From an uncultured Candidatus Saccharibacteria bacterium (GTDB taxonomy: Bacteria; Patescibacteriota; Minisyncoccia; Phycocordibacterales; Phycocordibacteraceae), in the NCBI GenBank assembly GCA_964446735.1, contig CAYUQB010000001.1:444460-508459 (forward strand): a DNA stretch of 64,000 nt, read 5' to 3'. The position numbers and the translations under genes were made by a program. Each line of letters starts with the position of its first letter. Position 1 is the first letter of the stretch. The notes beneath the pieces were generated by a model. The model was not told the DNA's origin. It searched no databases and saw only the letters and a program-made list of their open reading frames with translations. Shown in pieces: positions 38,294 to 48,401 of this stretch.

Positions 38294-38971
38294 ATGTCCG
38301 GCACTTACGAGATCGAAATTAAGAGCCTCTTGGGGGAGGCGAGCGAGGCGGAACGAGTCCGTGAAGGCATGCGTGCACTCGATCCGAACGCAACCTGCCG
38401 TGCCTCCTACACCCAGATCAATCACTACTTTGAGAATGGCGACATCACTAAATTAGTCGAAGCACTTACGCCGCTCGTATCGTCTGCAACAGCAGACAAA
38501 ATGGGAACCATAGCTACGGAAGGACGTAGTCTTTCAATTCGTACTCGCTCTATGAATGGAGAAAGTCGTATCGTCATGAAGGCATCTATTGGAGACGACT
38601 CAAGTGCCAATGGAGTGGCGCGGCTTGAGATCGAGGAACCAGTTACGCTTGCATTAGACGCGCTCGACCAGCTGGTGCTTTCTTGTGGGTATACGTATCA
38701 GGCTAAGTGGTCACGAAGTCGGGAGGAGTATCAGGTTGGTGACGTCACGGTATGTCTTGATAAGAATGCGGGATACGGCTATCTGGCCGAATTTGAAAAA
38801 GTCGTTGAGAAACCCGACCAGGCACCGGAAGCTCGCGCCGCACTCGATGATTTGATGCGGCAACTCGGTGTCGTCGAGCTGCCGCAGGAGCGGCTCGAAC
38901 GCATGTTTGCGTATTACAACCAGCACTGGCCCGAGTACTATGGGACGGAAAAAGTATTCACCGTAGAATAG
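38294..38971 (+). CDS. CYTH (triphosphate tunnel metalloenzyme) domain protein
   Basis: EIEIK, QINHYF, IRxR, KWSRSREEY, CLD..GYLAEFE. Confidence 0.85.
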   Translation: MSGTYEIEIKSLLGEASEAERVREGMRALDPNATCRASYTQINHYFENGDITKLVEALTPLVSSATADKMGTIATEGRSLSIRTRSMNGESRIVMKASIGDDSSANGVARLEIEEPVTLALDALDQLVLSCGYTYQAKWSRSREEYQVGDVTVCLDKNAGYGYLAEFEKVVEKPDQAPEARAALDDLMRQLGVVELPQERLERMFAYYNQHWPEYYGTEKVFTVE

Positions 38972-38975
38972 ACGT

Positions 38976-39545
38976 ATGTTTCTCTCTGACCTCGATATTA
39001 CGAAAGGGATCAAGTCGGGTGCGATTGTCATCCGCCCGTTCAACCCAAAGAACCTGCAGATGGCGAGCTACGACGTTACACTCGGCAATGAGTTCCAGGT
39101 GACCGATCGCCACAGCACCAGCGTTATCGATCCATATCATAAGGTGTACCCCAAGACCCGAACCATTAAAGTGAAGGATGGGGAGCCGTTTATTCTTCAT
39201 CCAGGAGAAAGCGTGCTCGGGAAGCAAAAGGAATTTATTGGGGTAGATCATGAGCACCTCATTCTCCTTTCGGGAAAGTCATCCCTCGCTCGTGCCGGTC
39301 TCGTGGTCCACAACACTGCCATGCTGTTTAATCCCGGGCATCATTTCTATCCCACGTTCGAGCTCGTGAATACGAATAACGTTCCTATCATTCTTCGTCC
39401 CGGCATGGAGATCGCACAGCTTCTGTTTGCGCGCCTTACCAGCAAGACTTCCAAGGGATACGACGGGAATGGACGGTTTGATAAGAAGAATTCAAATCAT
39501 TTCCCCGGCACAAAGCGTCCTGCCACAAAGAAGCGGCGCACCTAA
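38976..39545 (+). CDS. dcd: dCTP deaminase
   Basis: LSDxDI, QxASYDV, GKSSLAR, TFELVN, IAQL. Confidence 0.9.
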   Translation: MFLSDLDITKGIKSGAIVIRPFNPKNLQMASYDVTLGNEFQVTDRHSTSVIDPYHKVYPKTRTIKVKDGEPFILHPGESVLGKQKEFIGVDHEHLILLSGKSSLARAGLVVHNTAMLFNPGHHFYPTFELVNTNNVPIILRPGMEIAQLLFARLTSKTSKGYDGNGRFDKKNSNHFPGTKRPATKKRRT

Positions 39546-39550
39546 ACACT

Positions 39551-40528
39551 ATGAACAATCGTCACCCCGAGTACCAATACCTGGACCTGATGCAAGAGAT
39601 CCTTGATACAGGGGAGAAGCAGGAGGATTCCATTGGGGTGAATACGTACAGCCTCTTTGGTCGACAGATTCGGTTCGACCTTTCGGACGGTCTTCCACTC
39701 CTTACGACCAAGAAGGTGTATTGGAACGGGGTTCTCCACGAGTTGTACTGGTTCATCTCAGGACAGACAAATATCAAGTACCTCGTCGATAACAACGTTC
39801 ATATTTGGGACGACTATCCGTACAAGATCTACTGCGAGAAAGTTGCTAAAGGTCTCTTGCCTGCGATGGAGAAGGCTGAATTCATTGCGGCAATTGCTCG
39901 GGACGATGAGTTCGCACGTCTCCATGGCGATCTTACTCATTGCTACGGCGAGGCATGGAGACGGTGGCCCGCACGGGACGGTCGTACGGTTGACCAGCTT
40001 GCGTGGGCAATAGCGGAGCTTGCTCGAGATCCGGATGCTCATAACACAGTTGTGAATTCGTGGAATCCCGAGTACCTATACGGCATGGCACAGCCGGAGG
40101 AGGCACTTCGGTTCCCGATCTGCCACAACATGTTCCAGTTCAATATTAAGAATGGGAAGGTGTGTCTCCAGCTCTACCAGCGCTCTGCGGACATCTTTCT
40201 TGGTGTTCCGTTCAACATTGCGAGCTATGCACTCCTGACCGCAATCGTTGCACGCGTGCTGGGCAGGGAACCGGGAGAATTCGTCCATACGTTCGGTGAT
40301 GTACATCTGTATGAGAACCACATCGAGCCTGCGCGAGAACAGCTCTCTCGTGAGCCGATGCCCTTTCCAACGGTTACGCTTTCCGGATTCGATTCTATTG
40401 ATGACTTCCGTCCCGAGCATGTTGAGCTCACGCACTATGAAGCGCACCCGCCTATTAAAGCCGAGCTTTCCGTCACCGGTGGAGTGAACGTCGCAGGGTA
40501 CGATTCGCGTACGAAGAAAGCGGTATAA
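39551..40528 (+). CDS. thyA: Thymidylate synthase
   Basis: PLLTTK, ELYWF, IWD, PICH, YQRSADIFLGVPFNIASY, DVHLYENH. Confidence 0.97.
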   Translation: MNNRHPEYQYLDLMQEILDTGEKQEDSIGVNTYSLFGRQIRFDLSDGLPLLTTKKVYWNGVLHELYWFISGQTNIKYLVDNNVHIWDDYPYKIYCEKVAKGLLPAMEKAEFIAAIARDDEFARLHGDLTHCYGEAWRRWPARDGRTVDQLAWAIAELARDPDAHNTVVNSWNPEYLYGMAQPEEALRFPICHNMFQFNIKNGKVCLQLYQRSADIFLGVPFNIASYALLTAIVARVLGREPGEFVHTFGDVHLYENHIEPAREQLSREPMPFPTVTLSGFDSIDDFRPEHVELTHYEAHPPIKAELSVTGGVNVAGYDSRTKKAV

Positions 40529-40590
40529 CTATTTGTATGATCTAACGCGCTTCATGGTCTCGATCCATTACTCAGATTTATTCTCGACCC

Positions 40591-41889
40591 ATGAACACGT
40601 ACCCACACATTCACGCAGAAGATCCTGAACTTAACGCCTTTATTGACGGAGAAGAGCGCCGTCAGCACGAGGGGCTCGAACTTATACCGAGCGAGAACTA
40701 TGTCTCGCAGGCAGTGCGTGAAGCGATGTCCTCGTGCCTTACCAATAAGTATTCCGAAGGGTATCCCGGTAAACGCTACTACGGCGGTCAGGAATTTACT
40801 GATCAAATAGAAACGCTTGCGATTGAGCGTGCCAAGACGCTTTTCCGGGCTGACCACGCAAACGTACAGCCCCTGGGGGGCGCAAATGCAAACATTGCAG
40901 CGTACTTTGCGTGGGTTGAGCCGGGTGACACTATCCTCGGAATGGATCTCGCGCATGGGGGACACCTCACGCATGGGTCTCCGGTCACGTATATGGCGCG
41001 GCTCTTTAACTTCGTCCGCTACGGTATGAAGGATCCTGATACCGGCGAGATCGACTATGACGAAATGCGAGAAACGGCAAAGCGGGTCCGTCCGAAGATT
41101 GTACTCGCTGGCTTTTCGGGGTATCCGCGTGAGCTCGACTGGGACCGCATTGCAGATATCGCTCACGAAGTTGATGCGGTCGCGATGGCCGACGTCGCAC
41201 ATATCGCAGGACTCATCGCGGGCGGTGTTGCGGAGAATCCCCTCGACCATGGCTTCCAGGTCATGTCGACCACGACACATAAGACGCTGCGTGGCCCACG
41301 TGGTGGGATGATTCTTTCTCGTGGAAAAGTATCAAGTCCCCTCAAGAAACCCGAGAAGACCATCGAGAATCTGCCGACGTTAATTGATCGAAGCGTCTTC
41401 CCAGGATTTCAGGGTGGCCCCCACATGCACCAGATCGCGGCGAAGGCCGTCATGCTTAACGAAGCAGCACGTCCGTCGTTTAAGGAGTACGCGACGCAGA
41501 TTGTGAAAAACGCGAAGGCGATGGCCGAAGTGTTCCGCGATGGCGGCATCCGCCTCATCACCGGCGGTACGGACAACCACCTCATTCTTGCCGACGTGTA
41601 TGGATCGCTCGGCATTACCGGTGGGGAAGCAGAGACCCTGCTTGATCGTGCTGGTATCACGCTCAATAAGAATTCCATTGCAAACGATACTCGGACACCG
41701 TTCGATCCTTCGGGCATACGGTTTGGAACACCGGCAATGACCACTCGTGGGTTTGTTGAGGAGGAATCGAGAGAAGTTGCCATGCTTATGCTCGAAGTGC
41801 TCCAGAAACGCGATGATGCGACCGTGGAGGCAGTGGGGAGACGTATTACTGAGCTCGCTGAGTCACATCCGATTCCCGACTCCTTCTAA
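40591..41889 (+). CDS. glyA: Serine hydroxymethyltransferase
   Basis: LIPSEN, NKYSEGYPG, HGGHLTHG, TTTHKTLRGPRGG, GGP. Confidence 0.97.
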   Translation: MNTYPHIHAEDPELNAFIDGEERRQHEGLELIPSENYVSQAVREAMSSCLTNKYSEGYPGKRYYGGQEFTDQIETLAIERAKTLFRADHANVQPLGGANANIAAYFAWVEPGDTILGMDLAHGGHLTHGSPVTYMARLFNFVRYGMKDPDTGEIDYDEMRETAKRVRPKIVLAGFSGYPRELDWDRIADIAHEVDAVAMADVAHIAGLIAGGVAENPLDHGFQVMSTTTHKTLRGPRGGMILSRGKVSSPLKKPEKTIENLPTLIDRSVFPGFQGGPHMHQIAAKAVMLNEAARPSFKEYATQIVKNAKAMAEVFRDGGIRLITGGTDNHLILADVYGSLGITGGEAETLLDRAGITLNKNSIANDTRTPFDPSGIRFGTPAMTTRGFVEEESREVAMLMLEVLQKRDDATVEAVGRRITELAESHPIPDSF

Positions 41890-41962
41890 TTTTCAAACCG
41901 CATGATATTGTGCGGCTAGCACGGTGTACCCTTCAGGTACACGAGTTCTTGGCGAGGGGACC

Positions 41963-42307
41963 ATGACGCCATGCGAACAAGAAATCATCGGTATTCTTAC
42001 GGTTGCGCTTACGCGAAACCTGGAAGTTGAGGTCAAAATCCTCGCTCGGCTTGCACGGGAAGCGGGGTGTTCGGATCAGAAGCGGGTTCGCTTCTGGACC
42101 CAAGAACGGATCACCATGGCGTTTCTCGCCATCGGAGATCTCAGAAAGGGGCATCGCTACCAACTCTTGATCGATAATTGGTTCCTCCCGGCGCTACGAC
42201 ACCTGGTCGCATGGAAGTCTGACTACCGCGGACCCTGCCACGAGACCTGTCCCGTGCGAGCGTTTGTAGCGTTCGCGAGACAGCACGGCATATCGGTCGA
42301 CCTTTGA
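41963..42307 (+). CDS. Hypothetical protein (ORFan)
   Basis: GAGG upstream of ATG; fills the glyA-argS gap; hairpin cgaacgcgc..gcgcgttcg plus T-tract downstream. Confidence 0.6.
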   Translation: MTPCEQEIIGILTVALTRNLEVEVKILARLAREAGCSDQKRVRFWTQERITMAFLAIGDLRKGHRYQLLIDNWFLPALRHLVAWKSDYRGPCHETCPVRAFVAFARQHGISVDL

Positions 42308-42358
42308 ACGAACGCGCACTCCCCGGCGCGTTCGGTTTTTTCTGTTATAGTCGCGGTA

Positions 42359-44044
42359 ATGGAAGAGATCCTGAGGGCCGCAGTCAACGAAGCGCTTTCT
42401 GCGATGGGGGCACCCGAAGTCTCATTTGCCATCGAATGGCCAGCTGACACCGCCCATGGCGACTATGCGACGAATGCTGCACTCGCCGCAGGAAAGGAAC
42501 TTCAGAAGAATCCTCGCGAACTAGCTGAAGAGCTCGCGGTCATTCTTCGCACGTCACTTTCGGAGGAGGTCGAACGGATTGAGGTGGCGGGACCAGGATT
42601 CATCAACTTTACGCTCGCACGCACCGTCATCGCTGGGGTGGTGGGAGAAGCAGCGGTGCGTGGAAGTGAGTGGGGAAAGGGAAATGGAAACGAAGGAAAG
42701 CGAGTCATGCTCGAGTACTCAAATCCAAATCCTTTCAAAGAAATACACATTGGGCATCTGATGAGTAATGTTGTTGGTGAGGCGTTTTCACGCATTCTGG
42801 AGAACGCAGGCACGGTTGTCCTGCGCGATACGTTTGGTGGCGACGTAGGTCCCCATGTCGCGAAGGCGTTGTGGGCGCTCCGAAGAAACGGAGTGACCGA
42901 CATTGCACATGCTGCTGAAATTGGGAAAGCGTACGCGCAGGGATCGACTGCCTATGAGGAAAGCGAGGAAGCAAAGCGCGAAATTGATGATCTCAACACT
43001 CGTATCTACGAGGTTGTTGCGAAGCACGAAAGCCCTGACGCGCTCACTGAAGAAAATCGGGAACTTCTCACGCTCTGGCGAAAGGGGCGAGAGGTGTCTA
43101 TGGAGGAGTTCTTCCGGATCTTTAAACTCCTCGGCACGTCCTTTGATTATGTCTTTTTTGATAGTGATACAACGGCGCCTGGCATGGAAGCGGTTCGCCA
43201 GGGTCTTACTCAAGGAATCTTCGAGGAAAGCGATGGAGCTATCATCTATCGTGGCGAGAAGAAGGGTCTCCATACCTTGGTGTTCATTACCTCTCGAGGC
43301 ACTCCCACCTACGAAACTAAGGACATCGGACTTGCGCTCATCAAAGAAGAGCGAGCAGCAACTGATGAGAACATTATCGTCACCGCAGTGGAGCAGGTCG
43401 GCCATTTCCAGGTAGTGCTCGCGGCACTTGAGGAATTGATTCCATCCCTCGCTGCAAAGACACGCCACCTTCCGCATGGGCTTCTCCGCCTTCCAGAAGG
43501 AAAGATGTCATCGCGTAAGGGAAACGTTATTACTGGTGCTGACCTCATCGAAGAAATGACCGGTCGTGCAGGTGAGAAGAACGACGATCCGGTAATTGCC
43601 CAGCAGGTCGCGATTGGAGCCATCAAGTATATGATCCTTCGGCAAGCTCCCGGCGGAGACATTGTCTTTGATCCCGAACGGTCGCTCTCACTTGATGGAG
43701 ATTCTGGGCCGTACCTCCAATATGCACTTGTACGCGCACGTTCCGTATTGGCACAGGCACCCAAAGCGCCGGACGCACCGACGCCGTCTGGAGAACCATT
43801 CCTCATCGAACGACTTTTAGTTCGGTTCCCTGCAGTCACTGCACTCGCGGCGCGCGAAAATGCTCCACACAAAGTCACCCAGTATCTGACGCTTCTGGCA
43901 GGAGAATGGAATTCCTTTTATGCCAAGGAGCGCATCATCGGAGGAGAGCATGAGGGATACAAACTGGTGATTGCGAAGGCATTCGCAACAACCATGGAGA
44001 ACGGACTCCGTCTCCTTGCTATCCCCGCTCCGGAGAAGATGTAA
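42359..44044 (+). CDS. argS: Arginine--tRNA ligase
   Basis: HGDYATN, AGPGFIN, NPFKEIHIGH, KMSSRKG, PYLQY, EKM end. Confidence 0.97.
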   Translation: MEEILRAAVNEALSAMGAPEVSFAIEWPADTAHGDYATNAALAAGKELQKNPRELAEELAVILRTSLSEEVERIEVAGPGFINFTLARTVIAGVVGEAAVRGSEWGKGNGNEGKRVMLEYSNPNPFKEIHIGHLMSNVVGEAFSRILENAGTVVLRDTFGGDVGPHVAKALWALRRNGVTDIAHAAEIGKAYAQGSTAYEESEEAKREIDDLNTRIYEVVAKHESPDALTEENRELLTLWRKGREVSMEEFFRIFKLLGTSFDYVFFDSDTTAPGMEAVRQGLTQGIFEESDGAIIYRGEKKGLHTLVFITSRGTPTYETKDIGLALIKEERAATDENIIVTAVEQVGHFQVVLAALEELIPSLAAKTRHLPHGLLRLPEGKMSSRKGNVITGADLIEEMTGRAGEKNDDPVIAQQVAIGAIKYMILRQAPGGDIVFDPERSLSLDGDSGPYLQYALVRARSVLAQAPKAPDAPTPSGEPFLIERLLVRFPAVTALAARENAPHKVTQYLTLLAGEWNSFYAKERIIGGEHEGYKLVIAKAFATTMENGLRLLAIPAPEKM

Positions 44045-44125
44045 TATTGCATCATTCAGTTCTAGGCGCTAAGGTAGCGAGCATGCCGCATTCGTGTTGA
44101 AGCGGCTGTATGGGGAGGCTCTTTA

Positions 44126-44326
44126 ATGAGCGAACGTGTGATCTTCGAAACCGGCGCCGACGTCGCCAGGGCTCGCCGTGAACAGCAGGGCAAGGATCCC
44201 ATCCCGGGCCATGCGTACGAACAGCGGGATCTGGCCAACCAGCGGAGCATGCGGGGCCAAGCCAGGCTCGGCATCGACCGCTTCGGCGACCGGTACGGCT
44301 CCCTGTTCTCGGGCCGCATCACCTAG
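44126..44326 (+). CDS. Small hypothetical protein (66 aa, ORFan)
   Basis: GGGGAGG SD, GC-biased codons, hairpin plus T-tract at ~44350-44388. Confidence 0.6.
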   Translation: MSERVIFETGADVARARREQQGKDPIPGHAYEQRDLANQRSMRGQARLGIDRFGDRYGSLFSGRIT

Positions 44327-44416
44327 CTCATCATCAACAACTCAATCAGGACGTCCCGGCGCGTGCGCGCGCCGGGCGTTTCCTTTTTAGGGCCTGAACG
44401 CTAGGATGAGGAAGAC

Positions 44417-47400
44417 ATGGCCGATATTGATACCGACGCGGTGGAGAAAAGCGAGGCAGTGCTTCGCGAAGAGGAAGTACTCCGATTCTGGAAGGAGAAT
44501 CGTATTTTTGAGAAGTCACTCGAACGAGGGAGTGATAAGCATCCGTTCATTTTTTATGAAGGCCCTCCGACCGCAAACGGTCGACCCGGAGTTCACCATA
44601 TGGAGTCTCGGTCGTTTAAAGATGCTATTCCTCGATACAAAACGATGCGGGGGTTCAATGTCCCTCGTCGAGGTGGCTGGGATACTCACGGACTTCCCGT
44701 TGAGCTCGAAGTCGAGAAGCAACTTGGCTTTAGCGGAAAACAGGACATAGAAACGTACGGCATCGCCGAGTTTAATAAAAAGTGTCGAGAGAGTGTATTT
44801 TCATACATCGACGAATGGAAAAAGTTTTCCGATCGCATGGGCTATTGGGTCGATCAGGACGAAGCGTACTTTACCTTCGATGCTTCGTACATGGAGTCGC
44901 TCTGGAGCATTTTCAAGAAAGTGAGCGACGATGGGCGTCTCTATAAAGACTATCGAGTGGTGCCGTGGTGCGTATCGTGTGGAACCGCACTGTCTTCTCA
45001 CGAACTCGCGCAGGGATACGAAGAAGTGAAAGACCTCTCGCTTACGGTGAAGTTCGAACTCGTAAACGAGCCTGGTACGTTCGTACTTGCATGGACCACG
45101 ACTCCGTGGACGCTTCCGGGAAATGTTGCACTTGCCGTGGGTGAGAAGATTGCGTACGGCCTCTATCAGAAGGATGATCAGAAGGTCATCGTTGCGGATG
45201 CACTTGCTCCAAAGGTGCTTGGAGAGGGATGGGTGCGAACTGAAGATCGGCCGACAGCGGGACTCATCGGTCAGGAGTATCGACCGCTCTACCCATTTGC
45301 CCGAGAGGTAGCTCCTGAAAGTGAGCAACCCAAATTCGATGCTGCGTATCGAATATATACCGCAGACTTTGTGAATACTGAAGACGGTACCGGCATTGTG
45401 CATACGGCTGTTATGTACGGTCAGGACGACTTCGAGCTTGGTTCCAAGGTCGGCCTACCCAAAGTTCATCTCGTCGCCCCTGATGGGAGGTTTGTGAGCG
45501 GCACCGGCTTTTTGGAAGGTGCATCGGTCATCGATTCCGAGACGAACGTTGCGGTACTGAAAGACCTACAGGAGAAGGGACTTTTCTTTGCGAAAGAGAA
45601 TTACGCGCACGAGTATCCACACTGCTGGCGAAGTAAGAATCGACTGGTCTACTATGCGCGTGATTCCTGGTATATCCGCATGACGGAGCTCCGTGACTAC
45701 CTTATTGACGAGAACAAGACGGTGAACTGGGAGCCAAGCTATATTCGCGATGGCCGCATGGGTGAGTGGCTCGCGAATGTGCGTGATTGGGCAATCTCAC
45801 GAGAACGATACTGGGGCACGCCGCTCCCGGTATGGCAGAGTGCAGACGGGAGCGAACAGGTGGTTGTCGGTTCTATCGAAGAATTACGGTCTCGTAGGAA
45901 AAGAAGCGGGAATACCTATTTCCTCATGCGTCATGCCGAAGCTGAGCAGAATGTAAAAAGAATCGTTAACAGTGGTGATTTGAATGCGTATGGAATCACC
46001 GACCTCGGCAAGCAGCAGGCGCTTGAGTCGGCACAGCAATTCAAACAAGAAAACGTCTCGATTATCTATGCATCGCCGTTTCGTCGTACACGTGAGACAG
46101 CCGAAATAATTGCCGATGAGCTGGGCATTCCACGTTCTGAAATAGTTTACGATGTTCGGCTTCGAGAGCTCGACTTCGGCGATCTCAATGAATGTCCGTA
46201 CGATGATTTCACCGCATACCGGAAGGAGCACCTGCATGCCTACTCAGATTCATTACCAAGTGGCGAGAGCTGGCTTGATGCACGTCGACGCTTCGGTCAC
46301 TTCATTTACGAAATGGAGCAGATGCATCAAGGGAAGAATATTCTAATGGTTACGCACGGTGTTGCGTTCGAATCCCTGCTTATGATTACAGAAGGAAAGA
46401 ATCATAGGGAGTCCCAGGAGTTTCTCCAATCATATGCGCCGCCCCAGAAGGGTTCATGGATGAAACTTGATTTCGTTCCGCTTCCACACAACGATGACTA
46501 CGAACTCGACCTCCATCGTCCCTATATAGATGACGTGGTACTTCTCTCCGATTCGGGAACTGAACTACGACGGACACCGGAAGTTATGGATGTCTGGTTC
46601 GATTCAGGTGCGATGCCATTCGCACAGGATCACTATCCTTTCGAGAATAAGGAGTGGATTGATACGAAAGGCTACCCAGCTGATTTCATATCGGAAGCAA
46701 TCGACCAGACTCGAGGATGGTTCTACACGCTTCTTGCGGTAGGAGTACTGATGGGGAAGGGTGCGGCGTATAAAAATGTTATCTGTCTTGGGCATCTCTT
46801 GGACGAGGCTGGTCAAAAGATGAGTAAGTCAAAGGGGAACATCATTGAGCCCATGAAGGCCATAGACCGGTACGGGGCCGACACCCTTCGGTTCTGGATG
46901 TACTACGTCAATCAGCCAGGCGATAGCAAGAATTTTGATGAGAAAACGGTCAAGGAAGCAGCACGTGTGCTGTCCTGGTTCGAACATAGTGTGAAGTTCT
47001 ATCAACTCTTCGGTGGCGCAGAAGGAAAGGCCGAAGAGCAGATCATCGATACGTGGATGCGTACTCGAGTTTCCGAGACCATCGGTGAGGTCACCACTAC
47101 GCTCGACGCCTATGATCTTTACACTGCAACACGGCGAATCAGCACACTCATTGAAGATCTCTCGCAGTGGTATGTCAGACGCGTACGTGATCGTGTGCGT
47201 GATGGTGACGTTGCCGCCAGTACAGCGTTACGTGACACCCTCCAAGCCATTGCTGTTCTTCTTGCTCCGTTTGCCCCTTTTATTGCTGAATGGGGCTACC
47301 AAGCAGTGCGTGATGCCGAAGATCCCGAAAGCGTACATCTTGCCGATTGGTATGAGGCGGGCACCGTTGACACTACGCTTATCGAACACATGGCGACGAC

Positions 47401-47830
47401 ACGGATGCTCGCGTCAGAAGCACTCCGCGCTCGTCAGGGTGCTGGCGTGAAGGTCCGCCAGCCGCTTTCAACACTTTCTATACCAGGAAAGCTTCCTCAG
47501 GAATTTGCGCTCCTTCTGGCAGAAGAAGTGAATGTAAAAGAAGTCATCATGGAGCAAGAGGCACTTTCGCTTGCAACCGAACTCACTCCTGACCTTATCC
47601 GCGAAGGTGATGCGCGTGAGTTTCTGCGTGCACTTGCAGATGCACGAAAAGAAACCGGACTATCTCCACACGACCGCATTGCACTGACGGTCTCTCCAGA
47701 AGGTGAGGGCGTACTTGCTGGCTTAAGTATTCCGGCGGTGACGTCCATTGCGTACGGCTATGCGGATGATCATGCGGTAGAGCTTTCGTTTGGAAAGCTT
47801 GGGTTCTCCTTCCTGCTCAATGCGTCATAA
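44417..47830 (+). CDS. ileS: Isoleucine--tRNA ligase (type 2) with inserted histidine phosphatase domain
   Basis: EGPPTANG, GWDTHGLPVE, WTTTPWT, DWAISRERYWG, DQTRGWF, KMSKS; insert RHAE..SPFRRTRETA..LRELDFG..THG. Confidence 0.96.
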   Translation: MADIDTDAVEKSEAVLREEEVLRFWKENRIFEKSLERGSDKHPFIFYEGPPTANGRPGVHHMESRSFKDAIPRYKTMRGFNVPRRGGWDTHGLPVELEVEKQLGFSGKQDIETYGIAEFNKKCRESVFSYIDEWKKFSDRMGYWVDQDEAYFTFDASYMESLWSIFKKVSDDGRLYKDYRVVPWCVSCGTALSSHELAQGYEEVKDLSLTVKFELVNEPGTFVLAWTTTPWTLPGNVALAVGEKIAYGLYQKDDQKVIVADALAPKVLGEGWVRTEDRPTAGLIGQEYRPLYPFAREVAPESEQPKFDAAYRIYTADFVNTEDGTGIVHTAVMYGQDDFELGSKVGLPKVHLVAPDGRFVSGTGFLEGASVIDSETNVAVLKDLQEKGLFFAKENYAHEYPHCWRSKNRLVYYARDSWYIRMTELRDYLIDENKTVNWEPSYIRDGRMGEWLANVRDWAISRERYWGTPLPVWQSADGSEQVVVGSIEELRSRRKRSGNTYFLMRHAEAEQNVKRIVNSGDLNAYGITDLGKQQALESAQQFKQENVSIIYASPFRRTRETAEIIADELGIPRSEIVYDVRLRELDFGDLNECPYDDFTAYRKEHLHAYSDSLPSGESWLDARRRFGHFIYEMEQMHQGKNILMVTHGVAFESLLMITEGKNHRESQEFLQSYAPPQKGSWMKLDFVPLPHNDDYELDLHRPYIDDVVLLSDSGTELRRTPEVMDVWFDSGAMPFAQDHYPFENKEWIDTKGYPADFISEAIDQTRGWFYTLLAVGVLMGKGAAYKNVICLGHLLDEAGQKMSKSKGNIIEPMKAIDRYGADTLRFWMYYVNQPGDSKNFDEKTVKEAARVLSWFEHSVKFYQLFGGAEGKAEEQIIDTWMRTRVSETIGEVTTTLDAYDLYTATRRISTLIEDLSQWYVRRVRDRVRDGDVAASTALRDTLQAIAVLLAPFAPFIAEWGYQAVRDAEDPESVHLADWYEAGTVDTTLIEHMATTRMLASEALRARQGAGVKVRQPLSTLSIPGKLPQEFALLLAEEVNVKEVIMEQEALSLATELTPDLIREGDAREFLRALADARKETGLSPHDRIALTVSPEGEGVLAGLSIPAVTSIAYGYADDHAVELSFGKLGFSFLLNAS

Positions 47831-48380
47831 GTACACGACCGGAGGGGTAGTTCTTGCACGCACTCCGCTTCGGGAAGCAGGCATGCTCATAACACTCCTT
47901 ACCCCCGATCTGGGGCTTGTGCGGGCACGTGCTGAAGGGGTGCGACGTTCGGGTGCGAAGCTTGCCCACGCGCTTCAGACGTTGTGTCAATCGCGGTTGA
48001 TGCTGGTACGCGGCAGAGAAGGGTGGCGCATTACGGGAGCGGCACTCGATACTAACCGCTTTCTGGAGCTCCCTCCTTCCGAACGTGCTCGGGTCGCACG
48101 CGTCGCGCAGCTTCTCATTCGTCTCGTGCATGATGAGTCGAATGATCCAGCACTCCACGACACGTTCACCCAATTCGTTACGATGCTCCCCACGCTCTCA
48201 AAAGGGGAAGGGGAGATAGCCGAACTCCTCGTGGTCCTACGGCTTCTGGCAACGCTTGGGCTGGTCCGTGAGGCACTCCCGCCTCCTGGGTACGATGCAT
48301 CGGCTCTTCGCTATGGGGAGGAACATCGCAGTGAGCTTATTTCTCGCATCAATCGCGGGATCACGGCCTCAGGACTCTAA
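47820..48380 (+). CDS. recO: DNA repair protein RecO (short)
   Basis: GVVL, EA..ITLLTxDLGLVRARAEGVR..KL. Confidence 0.82.
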   Translation: MRHKYTTGGVVLARTPLREAGMLITLLTPDLGLVRARAEGVRRSGAKLAHALQTLCQSRLMLVRGREGWRITGAALDTNRFLELPPSERARVARVAQLLIRLVHDESNDPALHDTFTQFVTMLPTLSKGEGEIAELLVVLRLLATLGLVREALPPPGYDASALRYGEEHRSELISRINRGITASGL

Positions 48381-48401
48381 CGAGTGCGCTATACTTGCGC
48401 C

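Noticed and set aside
45911-46480. Intein as the explanation for the IleRS insertion
   Set aside because: No C/S start, HN-C/S/T end or LAGLIDADG blocks; the motifs are those of a histidine phosphatase
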